DNA of 64,000 nucleotides from a virus. Taxonomy: Duplodnaviria > Caudoviricetes. Shown in pieces: positions 45,367-54,891 of this stretch (position 1 is the stretch's first letter; every line of letters begins with the position of its first letter). Location: positions 587 to 64,586 of the IMG/VR virus record IMGVR_UViG_2882447294_000001; one strand, 5' to 3'. The translations under genes were made by a program, and so were the position numbers. Below the pieces are notes generated by a model. The model was not told the DNA's origin. It saw only the letters and a list, made by a program, of their open reading frames with translations, and ran no database searches.

Positions 45367-45782
45367 TCGACGCAATCATCTATGTAGCTGATTTCCCGGC
45401 GCTCGTTGCGTATCTCGATGAGCACTACCCCGACCTTCTCGCCCGCGACGAGAACGGCGACACCACCCAGCCACCCGTTGTCACCGGGTTCGCCCGCACA
45501 CCAGCGGTTGTCAACGGAAACGAGCTGATGATCTATGCCAGGCTATCGGAAAGTGATGCAGACATTTGGCGAGGCATGGAGGGCGTGACAATCCTCGCCG
45601 AAGCGGAGTTCGTCGGCAAGGGGGCAGCGGACACGCTTTATCAATCGGTCTTCGATAATGCGGATAAATACGCGATCTACTCTCGGGTCTATCCTCACGA
45701 TCCGTACGAAATTGAGGATCAAGAAATAGGCACTATTACGATCACACCGCCGAAGAAGTTCGGCATTATGGCGGGCGCGTAA
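45363..45782 (+). CDS. Fibre-associated protein (possible chaperone)
   Basis: ATGA-coupled to the fibre gene. Confidence 0.6.
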   Translation: MIDAIIYVADFPALVAYLDEHYPDLLARDENGDTTQPPVVTGFARTPAVVNGNELMIYARLSESDADIWRGMEGVTILAEAEFVGKGAADTLYQSVFDNADKYAIYSRVYPHDPYEIEDQEIGTITITPPKKFGIMAGA

Positions 45783-45793
45783 AGGAGGCCGAC

Positions 45794-45961
45794 ATGTCGA
45801 TTGAAGTGGAATCTAAACTCCAGGCCCTTGCTGATGAGATATCGGATATTAAGGCCCAGCTTTCCGATACAGAAGCCGTATTGAGCATGACTCAAGTTGA
45901 GCTCTCTGCGGCAGAGAGCCGGATCGATGAGATGGAAAGCCAGATGCAGGAGCGGCAGTGA
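45794..45961 (+). CDS. 55-aa acidic coiled-coil protein (below ORF-track cutoff)
   Basis: AAAGGAGG RBS; MSIEVESKLQALADEISDIKAQL...; stop overlaps next start. Confidence 0.65.
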   Translation: MSIEVESKLQALADEISDIKAQLSDTEAVLSMTQVELSAAESRIDEMESQMQERQ

Positions 45962-47583
45962 AGATAGCCATTACCGCCTTCAAGGGTGAAATTCCGAAAG
46001 TTGATCCTCGCCTACTGCCGGATAGCAACGCCCAGGCAGCACGGAACGTCGATCTTGACCGTGGCACGGTCAAGTCGCTGCCGAATGTTTCGACGACGGA
46101 TACGGTGCCCGATGTGGCAAACCCGACCACGCTCTATCGCTATCCGAATGGCAACGATGGAGAGGGATTCTGGTTCGTATGGGGAATGGATAAGCACGTC
46201 CACATCGTTCGGTCCCCGCTGGCTAACGACGAGTGGGAGCGTGTCTACTGGACGGGTGACGGATTTCCCAAGATGGCGGGGATCGGCCAGGCGACAGCAG
46301 GCTCTCCGCCGTACCCCGGGAACTATTACAGGCTGGGCATCCCCGAGCCTAATGGGGCGCCGACCCTGTCCCAGCCCGACGATCGCGATGCCAGTGAAGA
46401 GATCCCCGACACCGCGCTCGAGACCACCTATGCGGTGACGCTGGTCAGCGGATTCGGGGAAGAAGGCCCGCCGACGGTATCGGGCACAACGATCCTGCGC
46501 TGGGACATGGTTGACGATGCTCCCGCGGGGGGTGGCGTGGTGGTGACTCTGCCCGGCATCCCGAGCGGCGCGCAGAATATCGTGACCAAGCGTCTCTATC
46601 GTGTGGAATCGGGCGGGGTGTTTCAGTATGTCGCCGACGTTGATGCTTCAACAGCCACATACCGGGACGATATTTTCAGCGAGCAGTTGGGCATTGATCT
46701 GCCGTCGACAGAATGGCAGGGGCCAGACGACCGGATGATAGGGCTCACGGCATTGCCGAATGGCATCCTGGCTGGTTACTTCGGCAACACGCTGTGCTTC
46801 AGTGAAGCATACCGGCCCCATGCCTGGCCGGTTGGCTATCAACTCGCCATGCAGCACGACATCGTAGCGATCGCCTCAACATCCGTTGGTCTCGTCGTCC
46901 TGACAGAGGGAAAACCGGTGCTGGTGACTGGGTCAAGCCCCGAGGCCATGGCGCAAGGAGAGTTGGATGTAAACCAGCCCTGCGTGGCGGCACGTTCGGT
47001 CGTGGACATGGGGGCATATGCACTCTATGCCTCGCCTGATGGGCTGGTTGCTGCCACCGGTCAGGACGCCCAGGTCGTGACCGCCAATGTGATGACGAAG
47101 GATCAATGGCAGGTATTGAAGCCCGAAACTATCCATGCGTACCGCTACGATGGGAAGTACCTGGCTTTCTATGACGGCGGATGTTTTGTATTCACCCCCG
47201 GCGAGGGTGTCGAGTTTCACGACATCCAAGCTAGTGGCGGGTACTACGACATTACCGACGATACTCTCTATCTGATCCAGGACGACGATATCGTCGCATG
47301 GCGGCAGGGCTCGGCGTTGCCATATCGGTGGCGATCAAAAGTGTTCGAGGTACCGCCCGGCGGTGCGGGCTTCACTTGCGCCAAAGTGATCGCTCGCGAG
47401 TATCCGATCACGATTCGTCTGTTCGCCGATGGCGCGACGATGTTGGAAACTGATGTCGACGGCCCGGGGATGTTTCGTCTGCCGTCAGGCTATGCGTTGA
47501 GCCGCGACTGGGAAATCGAGATCGCCGGCACCGCGGAGGTCAACAGCGTACAAATCGCGACGAGCCCCTCGGAACTAACGTAA
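45958..47583 (+). CDS. Tail nozzle / DNA stabilisation protein
   Basis: 'F.GEIP..DPRLLP..AQ.A.N', 'LCFSE.Y.PHAWP', 'YASPDGLV'; beta-propeller-like. Confidence 0.75.
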   Translation: MKIAITAFKGEIPKVDPRLLPDSNAQAARNVDLDRGTVKSLPNVSTTDTVPDVANPTTLYRYPNGNDGEGFWFVWGMDKHVHIVRSPLANDEWERVYWTGDGFPKMAGIGQATAGSPPYPGNYYRLGIPEPNGAPTLSQPDDRDASEEIPDTALETTYAVTLVSGFGEEGPPTVSGTTILRWDMVDDAPAGGGVVVTLPGIPSGAQNIVTKRLYRVESGGVFQYVADVDASTATYRDDIFSEQLGIDLPSTEWQGPDDRMIGLTALPNGILAGYFGNTLCFSEAYRPHAWPVGYQLAMQHDIVAIASTSVGLVVLTEGKPVLVTGSSPEAMAQGELDVNQPCVAARSVVDMGAYALYASPDGLVAATGQDAQVVTANVMTKDQWQVLKPETIHAYRYDGKYLAFYDGGCFVFTPGEGVEFHDIQASGGYYDITDDTLYLIQDDDIVAWRQGSALPYRWRSKVFEVPPGGAGFTCAKVIAREYPITIRLFADGATMLETDVDGPGMFRLPSGYALSRDWEIEIAGTAEVNSVQIATSPSELT

Positions 47584-47612
47584 AAACCTATTTGGCTCAC
47601 CGTGAGGTGCCC

Positions 47613-50600
47613 ATGCCTACCAAGCGTCGACGCGCGCTACCCACGGTATCGGCCAAAGCCGATCCGAACACTCGCCAGCTACTCGATGCCCTCAAGGAGA
47701 TCGTCGAGACGGGCGAGGGTGTCCGGGGAGACCCTCGCAATCGAAAAGTGACGTTCGGCGATCTGCTGGACAGCGGGATCGCTTCGCTCATTGGAACCAG
47801 AATCGGGTCTGGAATTCGCCCGGGAGATGGCATCCGCAATCCAATTCCCAATATGTCCGTGCCGCCTAAACCCGAGGGATTTGCCGCCATCGGAGGTTTC
47901 TACGGCATGGTCAATCTGTCGTGGACGGTACCGGAAACGCTCTACGGGAATCATGCGTTCACCCGCGTCTATCGCAGCGAAGAAGATAACTTCGCCAATG
48001 CCGAGGTAATCGGTCAGGAGTCCGGTGCATTCTATTCCGACTTCGTTCGCGACGATGCACTTGACCCCGATGATCCGACCAAACTGAAAGGCTATTACTA
48101 CTGGATCACGTGGGTTTCGACATCGGGCGTCGAGGGACCGCCCAACGATCCGTCTGGCACCTATGCGGCACCGCTGATCGATATCGACTACTTGCTGGAG
48201 ATCCTGAACGGGCAGCTATCCGAGTCGCAGCTCAACCAGGACCTTCTCGCCAAGATCGATAAAATCGTCGAGATTGACGAGGTCCGCGATCAGTTAGCAA
48301 CCGTCCGTGACAACCTGCTTTCCGAGGCCAATCGGCTGGATGGTCGTATCAATGAGATCGACAACCATCTCACCGAGCAGAAGGAAGCGCTCGACAAGGA
48401 TATCGACACGGTTCGTGGCGACCTGGCATCCGAGGCCGAACGGCTGGATGGCAGGGCTGATGAGCTAGACCAGCGCCTGCAAGGTGTGAAAACGGCTTTG
48501 GAGTCTGCCGACGATGACCTGCTGTCCCGCCTGCTCGAAGCCAAGCAGGCGATCGTCGATGCAGCGACGGCCAGCCAGGACGGTGACAACTTCCTTGCCG
48601 AGCGCATCAGTGGGCTGGTGAATGTCACCGATGACCATGCCCTCTACATCGGCCAGCTCCAGCGTGTATCGGCCGAGCGTGATGCTCTGGAGGCCGTTCA
48701 CTTCGATGCGCTTCATGCCGAGACCGCCAATCGCCAAGCCTCTATTCGTACGCAAGAGACGGTTCGGATCACTGCCGAGGAAGCGCTGGCCAGCCGCGCC
48801 GATGCCATCGAGGCATCTGTTGATGACAACCGCGCCGCGATCGTCGAGGAGCAGACGGCCCGCAGCGATGCTGTATCGTCGCTGGCATCACGCGTCGGTG
48901 AGCTGTCCGCCAAGCTGGATGCCGCGCCAACATTCGGTAGTGGCTTCGAGGCTGGTGCGGATTTCAGCCAGTGGGTGGTGGCCGACGGCAACACCCTCGA
49001 GGCCGATGACTCCGATCCCTTTTCTGGCCTGCAATCTGCCCTAGCGACATCATCGGTCTCCGGTGCGAATGTCGGTAGCGCAATCTACGCGCCGGTGCCG
49101 TCCGGTGTGATGAATGCGTTCGCTGGCTACGAGATCGTACTCAAGATCGCAGCTAAGCAACCCGACACCGATGCCTCGTCGGAGGCGGCCATTGCCTACC
49201 GCGCCAACAACGGTAGCTCCGGCTGGCTGCGTTTCACTCTTGGTGTCGAATGGCAAACGTTCGAATTCCGCTATCAGGTACCGAGCGACGACGATCCCAG
49301 CGATCACCGCATTGCGGTCTGGGCCGATACGTCCGGCAATGGTGGTGGGGTGATCGTCGACGGCGTTTCTGCCCGCCGCGCTGACGCCAACATTGCTGAA
49401 ATCAGTGCTGCAATCCAAGCTGAACAGACGGCCCGTGCTAATGCGGACGAGGCTCTGGCCACCGACCTCGACACGATGCGCTCGCGCCTGGGTACTGCCG
49501 AGGCAGCACTGACCGAGGAGTCACAGGCCCGTGCGACAGCGGACGAGGCTCTCGCGCAGCGCACAACCAACATGGAGTCACACCAGGATGACACTGATGC
49601 GCGCCTGACCACCGAGGAAGAAACACGCTCAAGTCAGGTCGAATCGCTTACCCGACGAGCCAGCTCCCTGGAATCCCGTGTTAGTGACGCCGAGTCAAAC
49701 ATCACCGATGAACAGTCTGCCCGAGCCAATGCCGACGAAGCGCTGACAAAGCAGATCGATGCTGCCGGTAGCCGTATCGATGATGCCGAAGCGTCACTGG
49801 CGAGCGAGCAACAGACCCGTGCAACCGCCGATCAGGCGTTGACCGATGAATTATCCGCTGCCAATAGCCGGATTGGCGACGTCGAAGCCAGTGTCATCGA
49901 AGAACAGCAGACCCGCGCCTCTGCTGACGAAGCAGCCGCTGAACGTCAGGAGTCGTTGCGTGCCGAGCTAGATGATGCTCAAGCGCGTCTTATAGCCGAG
50001 GAGCGTGCGACTGTCGCCGCCAATGAGTTGGAGGCGGTGCAGTTCGAAGCCATCGAGGTTTCGAAGGGGGGCTCTCGTGCCGCTATCTCAGTCGAGCGCC
50101 AGGTTCGAGTCGCCGAGGATGAGTCGCTTGCCACCGATATCCGCGCAGTTCAAGCCGCCACCGCAGACAACGCCGCCGCCATCGTTGATGAGACTCGGGC
50201 TCGAACGGATGCGGACACCGCGCTAGCAAGTCGGGCTTCGACGTTGGAGGCGAAGACGGCTGAAAACGAAGCATCCATTACCGATGAGGCGAAAGCGCGT
50301 TCGGATGCTGATTCTGCGATGGCGAGTCGTGCCTCGGCATTGGAGGCTAAAACTGCGGACAACGAAGCGGCGATTGCTCAAGAGCGATCTGCTCGAACCG
50401 GTGCTGACTCTGCAATGGCCCGTGACATCTCCGGTTTGCAAACTCGCGTAGGGGATACCGAATCGGGTATTCAAGAGGAGCGCGAGACGCGTATTGCAGA
50501 AGGCGAAGCGTTGGCCTCACAGATCACCACCGTGCAGAACGATTTGGGTGGTCGACTGACATCCGTCCAGCAAACGATGGAGACCCACGGCAACGCCATC

Positions 50601-51464
50601 GACGGGCTGTCGGCCGAGTACATGCTTAAGCTCGATGTCGATGGCTACATCTCCGGCATCGGCGCCTATAACGATGGCGACTCCAGCATGCTGGTCTTCC
50701 GCTCAGACCTGATCGCGTTCGCGCCGCCCAAGGGAAAGGGCAATGCGAAGGTGTTTCCGCTCGTCTACGACAGCGGTGTCGGCGCGGTCGTGATCGACAC
50801 GGCGCTGATCAAGGACGGCTCGATTCAGTCCGGCCAGTTGGGCGCGGTTCAGAGCGGCAAGCTGTTCCTGCCCGACGGTACGCCAGTGACGACAGCAGCG
50901 GGACTGATTCGCGCCGAGGCGATCGCCGTCGATGACCTCAAAGTGCAATGGGCCAATATTCAGAATGCGTCTATCAAGACTGCCGATATCGAGAATGGCG
51001 CGATTACGTCGGCCAAGATCGGCACTGCAGCTGTAGACACTCTTAAACTTGCAAATCAAGCGGTTACCATACCTGCCTCTAATTATGTGGCTGCTTCAGT
51101 GGATATAACGGGAGATGACTGGACTACAGTCGTGTCTCTCACTGTGTCGTCAACAGGTGCGCCGACACAGGTGCTTGCATCATTTGGATATTATGCCGAT
51201 GGTGGTAAAGGTGAAAATTTTTTGTCATATAGAATTCGCCGTGGGAGCACGGTTATCAGATCCGGCGATTTTGACCAAGTAAGCTATGTTGATCTTGGTA
51301 GTTTCTGGTTTACGATTTATGCGCGAGGAGTGGCAACGCCTGCAGTGCTAGATAATCCTGAAGCAGGTAACAATACATACTACATAGACGTGCGACGCCT
51401 CTACGATCGTGGATCGGTAGAAGTATACGACAGATTTATATCAACAATGGAAACCAAACGATGA
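47613..51464 (+). CDS. Long tail fibre / host-specificity protein
   Basis: FN3-like N-terminus, E-x-x-AR-x-x-AD repeats, internal CBM-like insert, DUF1983-like region and 'I.NASI.TA.I' repeats. Confidence 0.85.
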   Translation: MPTKRRRALPTVSAKADPNTRQLLDALKEIVETGEGVRGDPRNRKVTFGDLLDSGIASLIGTRIGSGIRPGDGIRNPIPNMSVPPKPEGFAAIGGFYGMVNLSWTVPETLYGNHAFTRVYRSEEDNFANAEVIGQESGAFYSDFVRDDALDPDDPTKLKGYYYWITWVSTSGVEGPPNDPSGTYAAPLIDIDYLLEILNGQLSESQLNQDLLAKIDKIVEIDEVRDQLATVRDNLLSEANRLDGRINEIDNHLTEQKEALDKDIDTVRGDLASEAERLDGRADELDQRLQGVKTALESADDDLLSRLLEAKQAIVDAATASQDGDNFLAERISGLVNVTDDHALYIGQLQRVSAERDALEAVHFDALHAETANRQASIRTQETVRITAEEALASRADAIEASVDDNRAAIVEEQTARSDAVSSLASRVGELSAKLDAAPTFGSGFEAGADFSQWVVADGNTLEADDSDPFSGLQSALATSSVSGANVGSAIYAPVPSGVMNAFAGYEIVLKIAAKQPDTDASSEAAIAYRANNGSSGWLRFTLGVEWQTFEFRYQVPSDDDPSDHRIAVWADTSGNGGGVIVDGVSARRADANIAEISAAIQAEQTARANADEALATDLDTMRSRLGTAEAALTEESQARATADEALAQRTTNMESHQDDTDARLTTEEETRSSQVESLTRRASSLESRVSDAESNITDEQSARANADEALTKQIDAAGSRIDDAEASLASEQQTRATADQALTDELSAANSRIGDVEASVIEEQQTRASADEAAAERQESLRAELDDAQARLIAEERATVAANELEAVQFEAIEVSKGGSRAAISVERQVRVAEDESLATDIRAVQAATADNAAAIVDETRARTDADTALASRASTLEAKTAENEASITDEAKARSDADSAMASRASALEAKTADNEAAIAQERSARTGADSAMARDISGLQTRVGDTESGIQEERETRIAEGEALASQITTVQNDLGGRLTSVQQTMETHGNAIDGLSAEYMLKLDVDGYISGIGAYNDGDSSMLVFRSDLIAFAPPKGKGNAKVFPLVYDSGVGAVVIDTALIKDGSIQSGQLGAVQSGKLFLPDGTPVTTAAGLIRAEAIAVDDLKVQWANIQNASIKTADIENGAITSAKIGTAAVDTLKLANQAVTIPASNYVAASVDITGDDWTTVVSLTVSSTGAPTQVLASFGYYADGGKGENFLSYRIRRGSTVIRSGDFDQVSYVDLGSFWFTIYARGVATPAVLDNPEAGNNTYYIDVRRLYDRGSVEVYDRFISTMETKR

Positions 51465-51652
51465 ATAAAAGATACGCGATATTTGATGATGCGGGCGATA
51501 TTAAATCTATTTTTATTGGTTCTGATGAACTTGTTAAGTTTCAGGGGCTAAATCATATTGAGGTGGGCCCCGATGTATCTGATGCAACACACTATATAGA
51601 TTTAGAAAATATGCAGCCTTCCATCTTGGATGAGCCAAAGAAACGCCGTTGA
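51461..51652 (+). CDS. Small fibre-associated protein
   Basis: ATGA coupling; shares low GC with the fibre tip. Confidence 0.65.
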   Translation: MNKRYAIFDDAGDIKSIFIGSDELVKFQGLNHIEVGPDVSDATHYIDLENMQPSILDEPKKRR

Positions 51653-51654
51653 CC

Positions 51655-51711
51655 CGATCACCGACTCCGACGACTCCTGATACTATCTACACATCCGCCT
51701 ACCGTGAGGTA
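51655..51711 (+). promoter_or_regulatory. Putative late promoter 3 with GTGA hairpin
   Basis: CGATCA-N20-TACTAT then TACC GTGA GGTA over the RBS. Confidence 0.55.
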
Positions 51712-51716
51712 CGCCC

Positions 51717-52226
51717 ATGCAAGCCACATCCCGCTCACCGGAGCGACAATTCCTTCACCAGGTACTCGCTGGCAATGAGCCCGCGATGCGGTGCTGCGAG
51801 ATCCTGTTCAGCGTATCGCAGACCCTCGACGACATCGTCGACGGCGACCGCGAGGTAACCGCTGCCGCAGTCATCAAAAGCTACTGGGAAGCCATGATCG
51901 AGCTTCCCGGCAATCCCTTCTATCGCCAGCACGAGCCCTACCTGCGTCCGCTGCTGGCCCAAGCCCTACAGGACTGGACGGATAGCGTGGCGCTGGAACG
52001 ATCCCAGGACCGGCACGCGCTGACGTTGGCCTTCGTGCTGCGCGACCAGCTTAGCGGCTTCGTCGTGCAGTGCGCCGGCCTGGTTGCCGGTTACGACTGG
52101 ATGCGCCAGATCGGCCCCACGATTCGGCAGTACTTCCACGACGAACGGCTGGATGATTATCTGGCATCGCTCCAACCCGAGGATGGCGAAGTCGAGCCAG
52201 TACCGGAAGGGGAGTCAGCATCATGA
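51717..52226 (+). CDS. All-helical protein with DDxxD motif, isoprenoid-synthase/prenyltransferase-like
   Basis: 'QTLDDIVDGD', 'LPGNPFY'; first gene of the ejection-protein cluster. Confidence 0.6.
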   Translation: MQATSRSPERQFLHQVLAGNEPAMRCCEILFSVSQTLDDIVDGDREVTAAAVIKSYWEAMIELPGNPFYRQHEPYLRPLLAQALQDWTDSVALERSQDRHALTLAFVLRDQLSGFVVQCAGLVAGYDWMRQIGPTIRQYFHDERLDDYLASLQPEDGEVEPVPEGESAS

Positions 52227-52858
52227 GTGGTGGCGGTGGTGGAGACAACACGGTCAAGGACACACCGGAACAGCGCTATCTCGCCCAGGTCGCGGCCGAG
52301 AAGTGGAACTACGCCCAGCAGGAACTGGCACCCCTCGAGGATGCGTACATGCAGGACGTCAACCAGATGACGGGCGACGATCGCATGTCGTACATCCGGG
52401 GGCAGGCCAGCCAGGGCCAGATGCAAGCCACCTCGGATCTGCTCGGCCAGGGGTCATCCCAGCTCACCCAGGCCGGCATCGACCCGAGTAGTGGTCGGTA
52501 TGGCGCGGCCATGTCCGGGCTGGCGCTGGGCGCCGCGCAGTCTGGTGGCGACACCATGGCCAGGGGGCAATTCTCCCAGGAAAACGAGCAGATCACCGGC
52601 CTGCAAAACATCATTGCCATGGGGCAGGGCGAATCCACCCAATCCCAGGCCGGTCTTTCTGGTGTCGCCAGCCAGGCGGCGGCGGATGCGCGTTCCAGTG
52701 CGATGGACAGCTATAACCGCAACTCGGCGAACCTGCAGTTGCTCGGCACCGCCGGCGGTCTTGGCGCGAGCTACGCGATGGGTCAGGGATCAGGTCTGGC
52801 ATTGGGTGGTACCGCCAATCCTGATTACGTCCCGGGACAAGGGTTGCAACTCTACTGA
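52223..52858 (+). CDS. Internal virion (ejection) protein with MSGGGGG N-terminus
   Basis: G/A/Q/S-rich; position typical of podoviral DNA-transfer proteins. Confidence 0.75.
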   Translation: MSGGGGGDNTVKDTPEQRYLAQVAAEKWNYAQQELAPLEDAYMQDVNQMTGDDRMSYIRGQASQGQMQATSDLLGQGSSQLTQAGIDPSSGRYGAAMSGLALGAAQSGGDTMARGQFSQENEQITGLQNIIAMGQGESTQSQAGLSGVASQAAADARSSAMDSYNRNSANLQLLGTAGGLGASYAMGQGSGLALGGTANPDYVPGQGLQLY

Positions 52859-52866
52859 GGTGAATC

Positions 52867-53343
52867 ATGGCGTATAGCAACACGCTGGGCTTGACGCTGC
52901 CGACCGTGACGTCATCCGCGCTACAGACCGTCGATCCCGAGCAAGCATTCCGGGGCGATCAGGGCGCCTCAACACTGCTAGGTCAGCTCTCGCGAGCCCA
53001 GTGGGAAGACTGGAAAACCCGATACTCTCCGTACATCCAGACGCTTGCCGATGCGGCACAGAATCCAACGGCGGCCGCCGATGCCGCGGCGATGGCATCG
53101 AACTCGATGACAACCGCCTTCGACAACAGCCAGCAAGGCCTGGCCATGCAACGGCAGGGCATGGGCGTTCAACAGACTGCAGCCCAGCAGGCAGCGGATA
53201 CGCGGCGCCAGGCATTGAACAAAGCGGCGAGCTCGGTCTCGGCCGGCAATCAGGCGCGCATCTCGGCTGTCGATCGCCAGCAAGCCATCCTTGGCGGCGG
53301 GCTCGGCCTCTCCAACATCCCTGACCAAGTGATGAACCAGTAA
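52867..53343 (+). CDS. Internal virion protein
   Basis: A/Q-rich; GAGGTG RBS. Confidence 0.7.
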   Translation: MAYSNTLGLTLPTVTSSALQTVDPEQAFRGDQGASTLLGQLSRAQWEDWKTRYSPYIQTLADAAQNPTAAADAAAMASNSMTTAFDNSQQGLAMQRQGMGVQQTAAQQAADTRRQALNKAASSVSAGNQARISAVDRQQAILGGGLGLSNIPDQVMNQ

Positions 53344-53372
53344 CTCTTCTCCGACTCACCGGGAGGTGACTC

Positions 53373-53633
53373 ATGGCATACGGACTACTCGGCCTCCGCA
53401 ATCAGATGGAAGGCGAAGCGCTGCAAGGCCTCGGCGATCTTGCCGGTCAGCAGCGCCAGAACAAAGCGCTCGAAGACCAGATGGATCAGGCCGATCGCCA
53501 GCAGAAGATGCAGGCCGTCGGCACCGGTGCCGGGCTGGGCATGATGGCTGGTATGCAGGCCGGCAGCGTGGGCGGCCCGATGGGGGCGGCCATTGGTGCC
53601 GGTGTGGGCTTCCTAGCCAGCGAACTGTTCTGA
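53373..53633 (+). CDS. Glycine-zipper internal virion protein
   Basis: 'GTGAGLG..GGPMGAAIGAGVG'. Confidence 0.75.
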   Translation: MAYGLLGLRNQMEGEALQGLGDLAGQQRQNKALEDQMDQADRQQKMQAVGTGAGLGMMAGMQAGSVGGPMGAAIGAGVGFLASELF

Positions 53634-53643
53634 GGAGACCGTC

Positions 53644-54882
53644 ATGGCAGGATTGGATACCCGCGGCTTGGCAAGTGGGCTGGCGCAAGGTCTCGGGCTC
53701 GGCATGAAACTGCAGAACCAGGAGCGACAGGCGCAGTATCAGAACGCCCGCATGCAGCAGTACGAGCGTGGCCTGGACATGCGAGAGCAACAGTACAACG
53801 ACCAGCGTGAGCAGCAGCAAAAGGCACGCCAGCTCGAGCAGGATAAGCTCTTGGCACAGAGCGGCTACGCGCGACTCGCTGCCGGTCAGGATCTGGACGA
53901 TGAACAGCTCGAAGCATTCAAGCGCAATCCATGGATGGCACCTTGGCATGTGGCTAGTGATGGCGTTGGACAGGCAATCGATCAGGCGCAGCGGGTCATC
54001 GATCCCAAAGATCCGGCCGATCTCAACGACCCTGAGTCACTAGAAGCACTGAACGCCATGTTCGGGCCACGCATTAATCGTGGCCACGGAACGAACAAGC
54101 GCATCCGTGCCGCCGTCCCCGGACGGAAACCCGGCACGTTGGCATTCGATCTCGACGTCGAGGGAGAAGACGGTAGCCGCTATACGGCGCCGATGACGCG
54201 CAATCGCGGTAAGGCCGGCGACGACGATGAGGTCATGCAGACTGATGTCGGCGATATCGTCAACCAGGTGGCCGGTTATAAGGCGCTACGCCAAGTACTG
54301 TCATCGCCGGAAGCACGCGAGAAGGCATTGGCCTATGGTCGCCAACTCGGGTTTGTGCCGCAGGCGGCCGACACCTGGGAGACAGTACAGGGACCGGGGG
54401 GCAGCTTGCTGCAACGCAATACTCGCACGGGCGAGATGAAGTCCATTGTTGGGCGCGAGCCACGCAGCGGTGGCGGCTATGGCTATGCCCCCACATCTTC
54501 GATGAAAGAAGCGCAATGGCTGGTCGCCAACGGCATTGCACCCAATATCAGTGAAGCCTACAAGATGGCCCGTGCCCGGGCAGGTTTGGATGGCGGCCAG
54601 CAATTGGAACTCAAGCAGCTCGACTATCTGGGCGATCAGATCAGCGACATCGATAGCCAGGTAAAAGCCTATCAGGACAACTACCAGGAACCCCCACAGG
54701 ATCTACTGGCGCAACGCCAGCGATTGATGCAGCAGCGCGAGGCGATCGCCGGGCGCATCTGGGGAGGCGAAGCAACGCCCACCGGCAGGCATGTCGAACA
54801 ACCTCAAGCGCAATCACCGCAGCGCCAGCAGACGGGCGACGACTTCGACCCTGATGCATTCCTCAACGACCTCGGAATTTAG
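53644..54882 (+). CDS. Internal virion (ejection) protein
   Basis: 'GLASGLAQGLGLG' then Q-rich coiled coil; precedes the largest ejection gene. Confidence 0.75.
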   Translation: MAGLDTRGLASGLAQGLGLGMKLQNQERQAQYQNARMQQYERGLDMREQQYNDQREQQQKARQLEQDKLLAQSGYARLAAGQDLDDEQLEAFKRNPWMAPWHVASDGVGQAIDQAQRVIDPKDPADLNDPESLEALNAMFGPRINRGHGTNKRIRAAVPGRKPGTLAFDLDVEGEDGSRYTAPMTRNRGKAGDDDEVMQTDVGDIVNQVAGYKALRQVLSSPEAREKALAYGRQLGFVPQAADTWETVQGPGGSLLQRNTRTGEMKSIVGREPRSGGGYGYAPTSSMKEAQWLVANGIAPNISEAYKMARARAGLDGGQQLELKQLDYLGDQISDIDSQVKAYQDNYQEPPQDLLAQRQRLMQQREAIAGRIWGGEATPTGRHVEQPQAQSPQRQQTGDDFDPDAFLNDLGI

Positions 54883-54891
54883 GAGACGCCC

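Noticed and set aside
43888-51652. Diversity-generating retroelement or invertible tail cassette
   Set aside because: No reverse transcriptase, invertase or template/variable repeat pair seen in the window.
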